The notes beneath the pieces were generated by a model. It saw only the letters and a program-made list of their open reading frames with translations, did not search any database and was not told where the DNA came from. Both the position numbers and the translations under genes were made by a program. A stretch of DNA of 57,996 bases, filler included, from Sphacelaria rigidula (taxonomy: Eukaryota): the NCBI GenBank assembly GCA_964200075.2. It is 2 parts of 2 records of this genome, joined end to end, with 100 filler letters (N's around TTAATTAATTAA, not from the genome) between each part and the next. Parts side by side here need not be neighbours in the genome. Positions count along the whole stretch, not along the records: positions 1 to 28,972 come from CAXNAA020000091.1; 1 more part is not named here. One strand, 5' to 3'. Shown here piece by piece: positions 13,501 to 26,804 of the stretch (position 1 is the first letter of the stretch; each line of letters begins with the position of its first letter).

Positions 13501-16500
13501 TGTCCGTGCTCACCATCTGACGACCTTGTACCACGCTCTTTGGCGACCACCGTCCGAATACAGCTATTAGAGGAAATGGGCGCCCGCGGCGTGCATGTGG
13601 GTGAGCGCTTTTTGTCTTTGGCAATGGCAGCGTGCCTCGAAGCTCACAGAGATTGCCGCGTCGGGGGTAGTCAAGACAGCCCGCCGGAACGCGACCTTTG
13701 GCTGTCAAGACGAGCGCTGTCGCTCTTTGATCGGATTCCGGGGACCGGAGTAACACCGACATCAGCCACATACGCCTTAGCGATGAAGGTGGGAGCTTTA
13801 CTTGTCCATCTCAAGGTTCGGGGGTGGGTTTTGCAGCTCGTTCCGGCAGAGATGGTATGCTGCCGACAGGTGTTGCATAGTACACAAACTCCTTGTCAGA
13901 GAGGAACGGTGGTGTGGCAATATCTCTTTGCTGCGTTCGGGTTGGGCCACCCGCTTGCAGCACCATAATTCGCAAAAAAAAATGAGTAGATAATTTACTT
14001 GACGACGATCGCAACGTCTGTATGCCAACGCTACATAACAAAAAGACAACACGAGTGTTGAAAGCAGGTTCGGTAAAATGTACTGTATTGCTATTACGAA
14101 TGTGTGCTGCATGCTTCTTTATAATCTGACGTAACATGTGTTGTGGTGAAGATACGCCCCGAACTGATGGTCTTTCATTCAAACAGGACTACATGCTACT
14201 TATATTCATTATTCGTGCGCAGGACATAAACACGCTGACTGCAATATGTACAATGTCTGCCGTCAATCTGGAGCTGAACGCTTCTCCGTAGGAGAACACA
14301 GACAAGCGACACCTTGACTATGATGACCATTTTGGGAGAAAAAAAAATGTGGTATCGAATACTATTATAAGGCCAAGCCTCATCTCAATAGCCTATGTTC
14401 GCGGGGGTATATCCTGTAGCTTCCTGTCGCCCTCGCAGCTCCAGCCGGTGCCGCTGCACCCCTCCGGGGGCTCTCTGCATGATCACCAAAATTACATGCT
14501 AATTTCATGTTTTTGCTATCGAGAAGAACTACGTTGTGCGTGCTGCCTCCCCCTTCATGAACATGAACCATGCTGACTTCCACTCGGTCGATCAGCTCTT
14601 CTCCGCACCTTTCAAGATACCGACGGCTGTCTACTTCGAGAGTGGTACGTTTGACAAGACGCCGGTCGAAGGATGCATCTCTTAGACGAGGGTAGCATGC
14701 GTTTTTGCGCGCTTCGGACGCGGCGCTTGCTAAACCATCGATGCTAGCACGTTCCGGCTGGAGATAACCAATCAGCTGGGGATCGGCGTGGGTGACATTG
14801 ACCACGGACCCCTTGCTGCAGAAAGTGGGATCGGGAGCATCCCGGGCTTCTCCCTCCGATAGGATGATATTCATGCGGAAGCCACGTTCCGCCGTGAACG
14901 GGACTCCATCCCCCACCGTTGTGGGAACGCCCGGGTACTTTGTGAACGTAGCAACGGTATAGGCCAACGATTCACGCTGATCAGCTGGCGCCCCCCCTCG
15001 GTGGCGGATACCCGCATGGAGTATAGTGATGCCGATGGCGTTGCAGCACGGAATCAGCTGGCGGGGCACGGCTCGATGCCGAGGACCTGTTTTCTCATCA
15101 GCGTATTCTGCCGGCAGGAACGTGCTAGCGCTATCGTAGGGCTGCGCCCCTTGGGCCACGAGGCCCTGTTGCAAATTTCTCACCTCTACCTTCCTTTGAC
15201 GTCATCGGTCATCTCGCCTCCTTCGAGGAGGTCGTCGAATCCTGGTAACTTACCGGCCGGTAGCATCTCGTCGAGATACGCAAGTAAGGCTGCTGCGTTG
15301 GCCTTGTGTGCCATGTTGACTACTTTTTCCTGGTTCCAGCGCGAATTTCCTCGTGGCGCTGCTTGTCCCCGCCGCTTCCGACCGCCGCGCGACTGGATAT
15401 TGTCGTAGTGGGGAATCCAAACCCAACACGCTAACGAACGATACGACCAGACGCGTAGAGGTGACATGATCCTACAGACTGGTCCGTTCTCTGTGTTGGT
15501 GATGAATTCAAAATATAAACTAGTCGGCGAGCGATGCCGGTAGTGTTGAGCTCAGAGCTCGATACTGCATCCGCAAACTTCTACACAGTCGAGGGACTCA
15601 ACCCCGAAGCCGCAGTGCTCCACCCGGAGTTGGGGCTGTCTTTCACCGGATGAGCGGATTCAATGCAGCGGTTGGCACAAAAGTAGTCATTCTTTGTGCC
15701 CGGTCTTTTAGTGTATAATCATGGCAAGTTCTGTACAATGGCGCGGAGAAACGGCTACTGTATGGTTGATCTGTGAAGTAATCTTGCCTATAATTTCGCT
15801 TCTTTTGAAATCCATCTCACCTGCTTGCAGCTAGGCTCGTCGTTCAAGTCATGCATCGCTGTGCGCTGAGCCGAAAATGAACTTACGCCTATAACCTGCG
15901 GTCTGCGTTGCTAGCATACGGGATATCGATATACGCTATAATAGCGTCCCGTTGTTGTTCCAGTACTGAGGATACCATATAAACGAGAAAACATGCGTAA
16001 ACGCGTCAGTCGTGGCCCAAATACAGCAAACGGGCAACTGGTGGTCGACGTGTTTCATGTGTGCATTATATCCTTGAATATATTGAGGGATGTACGGCCA
16101 CCACGGAACAGGGGTCCCCGATGGTAGCCCGTCCATGACACCAGGGGAGGCACTACGAGAGTGCCCAGTGCCGGAGGCGTGGGTACTGGTGCGAGTGAAG
16201 AAACTGCGCAGCATGTGCGAAAAGCTGTAGCAGAGAACTGCAGCCAGTACGATGCAACGACGATTGCGGAATGGAATGACCAGACGAAGCCCCATATCGA
16301 CGGGGACAGGATGAAATTTTCCAGGAAAAGGGAGCGGATCGTCCTACTCGAGGCGTGGTGACAAGCGAGGATGTGGCGGCACTGTGGTCATAGGAATGGA
16401 GGAGTTGGCAAAGACGTGAAATGAAACGCTACTAAAAAAGAAGAAAGAGAAGCCGTGAAACGGTAATTGGGTCGGCTTCAATCTCTGGCAGAGGCGGCAT

Positions 16501-19500
16501 AACATGGAGGCCGCGTTGGACTTGCGAGAAGTCTGCTCATAAACGCCCGGAGTGCACGGTAGTCTGAACAATGTACGGGGGAAAGGGTCATGGTTCGAAA
16601 AAATGCCATTCCCACGAGAAGGCGGGATGAGGTCACGGCGAGATGGAGGCAGAGTTTGCTTGCATCAGTATTATGCAACCGGGTGGCTTTCAGATACCTG
16701 ACGCCAGTGAGAACAACATCATTGGGGTGGACCTCAGTGGTTGCGGTATCTCTGGAGCGTTGTAGCTAAAGCTTTTCAGCTTTAGAGGAAGTTTCCTGAA
16801 GTCCTATTTGCCTGTTATGGCAGCTCACCTCGAAGAGAAGGGATAATGGAGCGATGGGCACACGGTCGGAGGAGTTGAGGGGGCTTGGCCTGATGTATGA
16901 AAGGATAGATGGTCCACCGCCGACGAAGGCTGGCTTCCAACCACCGCAGCATGTCGAAGGTGGGACTCTTCTGAGGCTCTTGGTTTACAGTATCATTGTT
17001 CTCATGTGTGCACGTATCCAGATTTGAGAGATTCACAAAAGGTGGTCGTACGCCCTAGCCAATTGAAGAATGTCTTTGATATGCGTGTTTTGAGCAATGA
17101 TGCATGTCTCTGAAGAATGAGGTGCAATGCCGTCACTCAAGGCTTGATGAAGCAGAAATCGGCCCTCAAGTCAGAAAGTAGTGGCGTGTTCGACTGTCAC
17201 TTGAGGGTAGGTCAAGCAAACCAGTGCTCGGCAGAGTTTAGGCTACGCGGTGAGTTTCACAAGGTTGGGTTTGGTGGGGGGAAAATCCTCTCTCGGGTGA
17301 AGCATGACTCGTCATGTCAAGATTGGCCGAGTAGAACTGCCGCTCGTGAAAGTGTAGAATGCGCAGTGCATGGGTTGATGAGATACAGGGGCTAGCAGAA
17401 CAAAGCCTGCGTCCGAGCCAGAGCGTAATGAAGTGTGATGCTGCAGTCATTCGTGAGGGTTGGTCAAATAAATCAGCGTTCGCGAAGAGCGTGAACACTG
17501 TGACCCATTTTTGTGTTCGGTGTCCTGGTATAGTGATGCTGCATTTTGATGGACACATACTAGGTGTCCTGTTGCAAGCACGAGTAAACATCACTTCAAT
17601 GGTGGTTGACTTGAGTTGGTCAAGCGAACGAGTTTTGTTATCGCTGAGATCAATGTCAAACGAGTCATATATGCGGAGTTTGTTGAACGTTAATATATGG
17701 CATCAAGGATTCTGTAAGGAGAGGATGAGCAGTGGGTGCATGTTATGGCGGCACGTTTCTGCTGTACAGCTCGGCGGGAACGCAGCTATGTTTGATCTTG
17801 CATATTCTCACCTATTCCCTGGAACGATAATGCTTGAAAGGAGGCTGAACCTCTGTTCGGATTCGGCGGTCTTTAGATACCAAAAGCTTTCTCTAGAGCG
17901 GGGAGGAAATGTGGACTGTCGTTTGTTTTGGTCGATTTTTTAGAGGTGAATACTTCATTGTTCTGGAGCTTGATACAAACATCAGAGCTGGTGGGACAGC
18001 TGTAATGATTGTCTAATCAGACGTGGTGTTAAACACGAAGAACGATTATTACTCTTGGGCAGGGAGGGAGCAGTTTTAGGGCTGCCGCGGGTGTTGGGTT
18101 TTGCACATCTGTTGAAAAACTATTTAGACCTGCAAACGAGCCATGTCCGCGTTATCGCGTATGTCGGTTGGAGATAAAATGGAGATAAATTTATTCGGTT
18201 GATTGAGATCTGTCTGATTTCACAATGGAAGATGCGGAAATTTATGGGAATTTTCATATTGAAATTATGCACCTGTACGACGCACGATGGCTGGAGGTGA
18301 CTTTTTTCTGTGGAGTCCGCGTGCACGTCTGCACTAGAGTAAGGTAGGGTTTTTGTTTTGCCTGAAACAACGAATCCAAAGCAGATGTAAGAGCTCATCA
18401 TTGCTGGTGGGAACATTGACATCGAAGAATTCGGTAGTCATCTATCTTTCATTGCTTTCCTGTTTGTGGTGACTGCATATTTCCCACACCCTGGACAATA
18501 TGTGGTCAATACTTGCAATACACAATAAACGTACTGCATAAAGTATAGACCTATTGCGACTATTGTCGGCCGGCAATACTTGCAATTGGCCTATACTTTA
18601 TGCAGTACGTTTATTGTGTATTGCAAGTATTGACCACATATTGTCCAGGGTGTGATATTTCCACAAATTGATCCCGCGTGGGAGAGTGTCTGTTTGATTC
18701 TTTTGAAGCGATTTGTACACGGTACTTCCGTTTCGTGTCTGGTCTTTCAGTGGACGAACCTTGGAAACTTGTGTGCACTGATGCAGAGGAGCGACGACTG
18801 TACGGTTGCATTGTACAGTGTAGTAGTCTTGCGTGTAGTTCACTTCTTATTCTCTCCATCTGAATTACTTACAACTGGGCTTGTCGTCCAAGCTATGCTT
18901 CGCTGTGCGCCGAGCCGACGATGAGCTTACGCCTATAACCTGCGGTTTGCCTCACTGGTATACGAACGCGCCGATGGAGATAAGACACGAGTGAGTAGCC
19001 CTGTGGCGCACCTTGCGAGAAGCGTACAGGACGCTCAATGAGGTGGTCCAAGCTGAGTTGGACGCGTGAATTGATGTTTATGCGAGTGAACTGGACAAGT
19101 GCATTGTCTCTGAGGGCATTCAAGACCGATACGGACATCTGAAAGAAGGATGGAGGTCGGAGGAGAAGTTAACGAGCGAGCAATACATGGGGGGTGAGGA
19201 GAGGAAACTGCTACGGCACAAGGATGAGGTCCATGAGAGGTGAAGACGTCAATTCTCTACTTTGCTGAATAGAAGAATGACGACCCTCGATGCAACCGCC
19301 ACCGAGAGTATCACACGACTGCTGAAAGCTGTTTCGCTGGGAGATCCGCCAACCGTGGACGAAATATGAGACACTGAGATCTACGGCTGATGGCAACGCA
19401 ATGGGGCCTCCATTTAGACTTCGCATATCTAGATTATGCGCCAACGGATTAGAGTGGTAGCCCCAAAGAAGAGACGTCGCTGGAGAGGGTGCGTCGAGTG

Positions 19501-22500
19501 GCGGGGGAAATGCTGGAGGCAGATGACGCAGGCGTAGTCTGGAGGTTCTCAAGCATGCTTGCGAAGATGATGATTGTAATGCTAGTGGTCTGGCAGGAGG
19601 TTTGGCTAATGATATCACAGAAGACGGGGACTATACGTCTGTGGTCAGCATCCAAGTCCCCAGAGACCGCACCGCACATCGAGACGTCAGGCCAACGGTT
19701 CAAGTGGGCGGCTAGGTTTTCGTCGTACCTTGGTGCCGTCAGCGGGAATGCGAATACTTCCTTCAAAATCTCAGGGTGCATTAGCAGGGTGGGTTCACCT
19801 CCAAAAATACAGCTCCCAACTTAACGATCGACCCAACGCTCAGCTATCGCTCACGACCCGCGAAGCGAGGCTATACTGGTGTGCAACGTGGACGCTGCGC
19901 CCAGAGGACATCAAGAGCCATCGCACTGCCCACCGCAAGCGTTCACTGCGAGCAGTTGACTTCCGCAGGTTCGCGGTGGGAAAAAGGCCCGCACAAAGAT
20001 GTGCGCGAGATGACCGAATGCGAGCGTGTCGAGACGACCACCCGCACGCGTCAACTTCCGTTCGCGGGGGGCCTTGTCCAGCAAGACGAAACTTATCCCC
20101 CAACGCGCATCATGATCGGATGGTTGCACCCGTAAGGGCCGGAGAAGACTGGTGGACCGTCGAAGCACGAATGGTCCGCCTCCAGGAGAATCTACGTGCG
20201 CTAGGGTCTACCCCGCAATGACCGAAGCAAGTGGTTCCTTCACGATGGTATGGTCAAAGACTAGCAAGATTGTGTGACTGTCGCGATGAAAGTGGGGGAA
20301 TGGCACGCCGGGATCAAGAAATGCGCGGAGGAGTTCGAGGAAGCGTGGCGACTCGAAAGCCTCCGCTCATCTGATTATGGGACAAAGGGTTGCTGCGCGT
20401 GGAGACACCAATAGGAGAGCCGCTAACGCCGGAGCAACAACGATGACTGCAGTCCCGGAGAATTCCGAGGTGAAAGGACCGAGAGGGTGGGGCCTGCTTT
20501 GGACCTGGCAAGGAAGGGATGGGAGGTAGCACGGTAATCGACACCCCTGTCCCATCCCATCGGCTGTTGCCTCCTCTTGGCTGGACGCGAATCCTTCAAT
20601 TTCGCCCCCCCTCCCTACCAATTTGGCCGTCTCAAAATAGTTTACTCGGGTCATTGCGAAGAAAGGGGATGAGTAGTCGTCGCGGAAAGTGATGATGCGC
20701 AGGAGTCAAGGCATTGGAGTAGTTTGAAAATCAGCCCACAAATGGCCCCAACGTGTCCGAGTTACACGAGTCAGACTTCGACTCGTTTGACGCAATACAT
20801 GCGGCTACGATACCCCCGACATTGAGCGCAGCATAATATGTTCTGGGGGCACCGTCTGTGCTATCCTCGATACAAGAAGGATCGATATGAATTGAAAACA
20901 TACCTGCCCGTCTTCGTATCGATCCGTCTGAGCTGTAGAAGATCTTGGTATTTGATGAACGATGTTCGATACTTTTCTCGAGTAACCTACAAAAACACAC
21001 CAAGCATTTTACTAAAGGTTCTCCCTATGTTTGCGAAGTCACTCCGGACTACAGTAGAATGCATGATCACGTGAGAAGAAACACTTGAATGGAAGTTGAC
21101 GGGCTGCGCGAATGAGCGCTGACTGATCTGGATAACAAATATCGAGGGGAGTACGGGTGGAGAGATGAGTCGATTCCTTGATACTACGAATTCGCCTTCG
21201 AAAAAGAGAGGGGTTGAATGTATGACGAAGAGATGGAGATAAGATGAGTGATCTGTGTTGAGGTGACATCTAGTAAGGCGATTTTACCTGTTGTCCGTCG
21301 ACACCCGCCTCCGAGGGCCCCCGGCCAACAACGAAGCGAGTTTTCCATTATTTTGCCGCCACCCAGCACCATCCGACCACCTCGCCTCCGGTTACCAGCT
21401 TGCGTGAGGCCAACAGCCGAGTTAGTGAAGGAGTAACGCATCATCCAGTATACGATTCCTGCGTGTCAAACTTTCGGTCAGCTTACTTCAATTTCTCCGT
21501 GTCCAGAGCTGAGCGCTGCGGAGCGACTTCGTTCTGAGGCTCCTCGGGGCTGAACGGCCGGCCCTGAGCAACCTGAGTCGTATAATGACAATTTTCGTTC
21601 AACCCTGAGCAAATTGGCCAAGTTATTTCACTTGGATGAAGAAACCCACACCAACGATCAGATGGATGCTCAGCCCTGAGTGCCCCATTTACTCTCCCCC
21701 GAGCTCACTCCGAGCCCGGACGGTTTCATCGATATCTCCCAGGGGGAAGCTCTCAACCCTGAGCATCGAACCACAGGGTATTCGGTCGTGTAGACCCATC
21801 GTCGCAGCTGACCAGTTACTGCCCGCGCTCAGTGGTGATGGCGCATGTTGATAGGGTCGTACAGGAGTCGATGATGCATCGTGCAGCCCAAGGCTTGCAA
21901 CGAGCAACACGGTCTACACTACAAAAACACACGCGCTCTCCCTCGCGAGCCGGCAGACAGGTGCAGGGCGACGTCATGATGTGCTTGACACGAGAAAACT
22001 GTACATGTCCCCCACCCAATCGTTCGCTGGAGGAAGCCACGAAACGAAAGCAAAAACTGGTTGGTCGGCGCCGTGAGCGGACAGACTGAGGTTTTTACTT
22101 CCAGAAGAGACACCCCGGGTTTGGTCGTTGTGTTTCTTGAACAGCAAATAAAGCGGAAAGAGGTCAATTTTGCAGGTGCCACGCTTGTTGTTGCTGGAGG
22201 CTTTGGTAGCGCACGCGCCGGCTGCATGGGGTACTGTCAAAAGTCCGCACCAGTCTCGAAGAGGTGGGCGCAGCAGTCCAGGAAATACATTTGACAAGAA
22301 GAGTGACGAGATGAGATGCACCTCTCGAAATCTGGCCAAAGTAGGGCAAGGCGGATTTCGGTCGACGGGGGCATTTTTGCGTATGGCCTCATAAGGCGAG
22401 AATACGTGTTTTTTCCCGGTTTAGGCTCCCGAGGCAGGGGTGCAGCACATATCCCCGATTGATGTGTCTCGAAATTCTCAGCGGAATTGGTGTCTGTGGA

Positions 22501-24686
22501 ACGTTTTCCCAGTTCCCCGTATTTGGTACAAAACACTGTAGTACCTCTTCAGGGCGAAATACCCAAACGTATTATTTTTTAGACAAACACCCCCCAAAGA
22601 GTGCGCATAGTAGCTCGGTAGGATGAAGCTTGAATATGTATGCAACGACACCAATATCGACCAAATTTGATGGCATGCTACGCTGGATGAGGCTCTGCTT
22701 GCTCTCACATCCACCCAAACCTTATTTGTTGCCGATACTATCACCGCATGCGGATCTGATGTCGAAATCCGCGTTAAGCCGGAACCCGCCTTAGTCTTGA
22801 GTCAAGGTGGGACTACAGATGGGGCGGGACTTTCTGGCTTTTATCTGAACCTCCTTGAAACGGGACCAATATTGCAGTCCACAATATGCCTAAGATGTCT
22901 TGTTTAGGGGCTCCCGCAGTAAAAGGGTTGGTAAAGTGCATGCCAAAGGGTGCGCAACTCTGAAATAGCTCTCGGTGCATGGGTAAGAGCGGGCATGTAA
23001 AGTTTGTGGAGTGAGGGCGTGAGGGGCACTGTGACTGGAAAAATACATGTCACAGAGGTGCCCTGCTCTTGGATGGTTCTCACTACATGTGAAAGAGCGT
23101 ATAAGTGAACTATGTAGTATACTGTGAGTGCCATCAGGGGTGCTGTAAGTGAAAGTGAGGCGTGTACCTGTCGGTGCATGCCAAAGAGCAGTCGTGGTGA
23201 CCAGATCACTGAGAATATGTGATAAGTTGACGCAGAAGGGGCGGAAACGTCACGAAATGACCACGAGGGCCATTTGCACACAAGAAACATGCAAGAAGTA
23301 ATATAGAGAAACGTACCCGGCAACACCATCGCCCCATGTAATCGTTGCTGTGTGCGAGCAGCTGAGCGGCGGTTAGATCGGACTGACTGCACAATGTCCA
23401 CTGCGTGCTTCAGCATTTTCCTTGCATAATTATTCGCTCTAAATCGGTCGAGGGGGGAGTGGTCGTGCCATTTTTTGTTGCTGTCATTCATTTTCCGTGA
23501 TAACTTCTAGTCCATATGTTGACCCGTTGACTGCGAAGAGCTTGGGGTCATTGCAGCAGGAGCATTCGTACACCACACAATATTTTATTGTCATACACGG
23601 GCTGTCGAAGATAACAGGACTTAGCTAGCACTCAAACACCCCAAGTTTTCGCGTATGGCTACCCTTGAATTGTAATGGTACCAAACCTGTACCTACACGC
23701 CCTGACCTGTGAATACAGGATCTTGATGGCGCTGGGTGCTATATGTGTTGTCGACACGTCAAAATACACGATATTCGTACGGTGAGGCAACACCCAAATG
23801 CCGTCACCGTGGTTGTCCATTAGTGAAACAGTGCTGCTACACGACGTTGTGCTCAATGCAGTTCAACGATACAGTCAACCCGGGGTACAAGTTACAGATG
23901 AACGCAATGTACTGCATCGTTGTACTGTAATACTAGATACTCCGTAGTACTACGTGAATGAAGTTACTCAAGTTTTGTCAAAACCTTACCTTGAGACGAG
24001 GATTTTGACTAAGATGAGCACCGACAATGACGTGCTACATAGACGAGTAAGATTCTCTGTAAAACCATGTAGAAAAGTATTTCGGAGTGTCTGGCGATTT
24101 TAATTTTATGGCCTTGATTAGCAACTCGATTGTGTTATTCTGTTTTGCTGGAAATAATCAGCGTCGTCCGGACTTCCCCCACCCTTTATGACAACCTCCG
24201 CAGGCTTGTGCGCGCACGGCAGATGCCCCACGAGCATCGTCCTTGCTGCTCGCCATGCTGAACCACCAGCACACCCAATCATCAGCTGCCAAGGTGTCGC
24301 CTTCTCCACCGAGTGCCATTCGACCTTCCGCCAGCGCGACTCAACACCACGCTGACCTTGCGGTGCGCCCGTGGCATGTAGCGAGTGCTATCGCAGCCCA
24401 TGAGGCAGCTGGAGACTGGGCTGGGGCTGTGCAGCTATGGGAGGATGTGTTAGACAGGGGTGTTGCACCACGCAGCCCAGGGTATTCCGCGATGATCGCG
24501 GCGGCCGCACGAGCAGGCGACTTGACCACCGCTCTTCGTTTGATGAAGGATGCACGACTCCCACTGCAATCACTCCAGACCCGAGCATTCCGATCGCTTG
24601 TTAACCTTTGCGAGGCCCGGGGAGAGCAACATATGGCGGCACAGTTACGCGAGGACGCTCGCAGCCGCAAGCTTTTGGTGAAATGA
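7574..24686 (+). CDS. P-type pentatricopeptide-repeat (PPR) protein, 14 exons reconstructed, 5'-incomplete (1022 aa)
   Basis: Exons: 7574-7668, 8119-8337, 8576-8687, 8993-9086, 9609-9856, 10102-10207, 10612-10721, 11089-11169, 11429-11712, 11984-12604, 12738-12912, 13082-13297, 13564-13788, 24204-24686. All junctions are phase-consistent (3069 nt total). The product has about 20 35-aa PPR motifs, e.g. VSYASAMRACDRAGEWQRALDVMDTMRERNVVPNV. The start codon exon was not identified. Confidence 0.93.
12605..12737 (+). other. GC-AG intron in the PPR gene
   Basis: TAC AG|gcgagt...cgcgcag|A TGC restores the PPR motif SIYRCALKACGKLG. Confidence 0.8.
14500..15467 (-). mobile_element. 5'-truncated CRE/R2-type non-LTR retrotransposon (C-terminal restriction-like endonuclease), degenerate
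   Basis: PFTAERGFRMNIIL...VNVTHADPQ...SAASEARKNACY...LEVDS resembles the R-(P)D...D-V-T...E-x-K-x-x-x-Y motifs of RLE domains, with decayed catalytic residues and frameshifts. Confidence 0.7.
15800..19850 (-). mobile_element. Highly degenerate LINE (reverse transcriptase remnants)
   Basis: The minus strand reads KWRP/IAL with a 1-nt frameshift (about 19390-19415) and FSQGAPQG (about 19000-19025), typical non-LTR RT motifs. There are many stops; boundaries are approximate. Confidence 0.55.
18485..18654. mobile_element. hAT-type MITE, 170 bp
   Basis: Perfect 64-bp TIRs starting CACACCCTGGACAATATG, with 8-bp TSD ATATTTCC at 18477-18484 and 18655-18662. Confidence 0.95.
19858..20675 (+). mobile_element. 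5'-truncated RTE-like LINE (ORF C-terminus plus 3' UTR)
   Basis: Frameshifted EARLYWCATWTL...ECERVETTTRTRQLPFAG...LQENLRALG resembles the post-RT LLYGxETW...RxRxLxxxGH region of RTE elements. It lies opposite in orientation to the surrounding LINE. Confidence 0.75.
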
Positions 24687-25516
24687 ACGCGTGGGATGGT
24701 GCCGTGAAGGATGTATAGACGGCGGCCGAACATTACTTGCGTTGACACGTGTGAGATTCGGGAAGATGAAGACCCGTGGCACAGTAGTAAGAAAACGGCA
24801 CCGGCGGCGTTTGTGGTACATAAGAGGCCTGCTTCGTTGGGGAAGAGGACGTGAACGGCAGCAGATTGTAGTATTTTCCCGGTAGTATAGATACTTCCGG
24901 AAATAATATGGGAAGTACGATGCTGTAGACGAGAGTCAATCGTAACCAGCTCACATGACCATTTGTAAAAAAGATTTGGTGTCGATGCAGTAGTATCTGT
25001 CATGTCATTTTGTGTCGTTGATGTATGTTACTCGTTGATTGTTGTAGCGACTATGCAGCGTACTAAATACAGACAGAAGTGACGTTGCTGGTATGAAGTA
25101 ACATGACAAGAAGTAGGCGGAAGGTAGTCGTACGGTTCGGCGAGCCACTTTCCTTCATGGATTCCACGTATTACACAATTCATGAGTCTCATATCTACGA
25201 AATATAAACCGTTTTGTTAGCGTGTGTCGAAAGTACTCACTCTGGCACCAGCTTGCGAGGATATCGCGCCAATGACCTTGGCAGCTCCTCCTTCGTTCGT
25301 TCAACAGGAACATCATGAAAGGAAAATATCGTTAACTGTCATGACAGGGCTAGCGAAGTGCGATACTTTTTTTGCGGAGAAACTGATCAAAGAGCACAAG
25401 AAAAATGCCAGGGCGCTTCTTGCTAGGGTACTGAGGGTATCGAACCGTCGCCAGCGTGTCGAAAAGGGCACCCTGAAGAGAAGAGAGTCTTACAGCCTTC
25501 CCAGAGGGCACTCTTT

Positions 25517-26068
25517 CACAGGTCGGACGAGTCATTACTCGTTCAGACGAGTGCACTCGTGGGTGTTTTTCCAATACACAACGAGCATGACTCGGGCGCT
25601 CGAGTAATTACTTTTTGTTACAACAAGCAATGACTCGTGCGCTCGAGTCATTACCTTCTTTTACAACGAGCGATGATCAAGTGCTCGCCCTATTATTTTT
25701 TTCCACAACGAGCAATGACTCGAGTGCTCGCCCTATTATTTTTTCCACAACGAGCAATGACTCGAGTGCTCGCCCTATTATTTTTTCCACAACGAGCAAT
25801 GACTCGAGTGCTCGCCCTATTCATTCGTTTCCACAACGAGCAATGACTCGGGTGCTTGCCCTATTATTTGTTTCCCCCAACGAGCAATGACTCGAGTGCT
25901 CGCCCTATTATTTGTTTCCACAACGAGCAATGACTCGAGTGCTCGCCCTATTAATTGTTTCCCCCAACGAGCAATGACTCGAGTGCTCGCCCTGTTCATT
26001 TTTACGGCCAACGAGCAGCCCAACGAGTGTGAGTGCAACGAGTCACACTCGTGCTCGTCCGACGTATG
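25517..26068. mobile_element. hAT-type MITE with internal ~39-bp tandem array
   Basis: TIRs CACAGGTCGGACGAG and CTCGTCCGACGTATG (13/15), with 8-bp TSD CACTCTTT at 25509-25516 and 26069-26076. It contains about 11 copies of CAACGAGCAATGACTCGAGTGCTCGCCCTATTATTTTTTC. Confidence 0.9.
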
Positions 26069-26804
26069 CACTCTTTGCAACACTGGTAAGGTGCACATCA
26101 GATGGTGCTGATTTTTTTCGCTTTGTTACCCTGGCATATTTTTTGCAAATGAAAGGCGATGCCCCTGAGACTGGTGCAAATACCTTTGATTATTGAATCA
26201 TAGTTAGGGGGCGGAAGATGAAAATAGTCTCCCGTCCCTCGCAAGTAAACGCGCCCACCTTGAACAAGTCTTCCACATCCCCAGGGTGGTGGTGTCATGT
26301 TCTGGTTCAGTACACCGACTTAGCATGATGACCTGAGCTTGTACCCCAAACTCCATTATTCAAACCTCACTCCTCCACTTAACACAATACACTTAGAAAT
26401 AGGCTGCCTTGTTTCCAGGGCGCTTCCTATTCCAAGTTTCAAGCTGGTTGTTGTCTCAGGCCATTTCAGATTCAGCATTGGGTTTCTGTTACAGAAAACT
26501 GTCTCGTTATTTTCAGAATATATTTTCAGAACCCATCAGAACTTTTCAGAAAACAAGCAGAACTTTTCGAAATACTGCCCAAAACGTGACCGCATTACAT
26601 GGAGTACAGATTACTACACTGAAGACAACACAGCAATTCTGCAGTGATTTTTGAACCTGGACACGGACTGTATACAGTATGCATCAGCTGCTTTCTCTTG
26701 TTGTAAAATTCATAGTGTCCAGCTGCTACTGCTGTACTACTACGAAAGCACACGCCCTCGAGGTGCCACCCCATGTTTCCCGTCATTGCCAACATGACAA
26801 GACA

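Larger units (their letters stand above)
13789..24203 (+). other. 10.4-kb TE-filled last intron of the PPR gene
   Basis: AAG|gtggga donor and ccgcag|GCT acceptor join ATYALAMK|ACARTADAPRA into one continuous PPR motif. Confidence 0.85.

Noticed and set aside
21917-21928. CACTA transposon end (CACTACAAAAAC)
   Set aside because: No matching TIR or 3-bp TSD was found.
24341-25003. 220-aa minus-strand ORF
   Set aside because: It is the antisense shadow of the last PPR exon.
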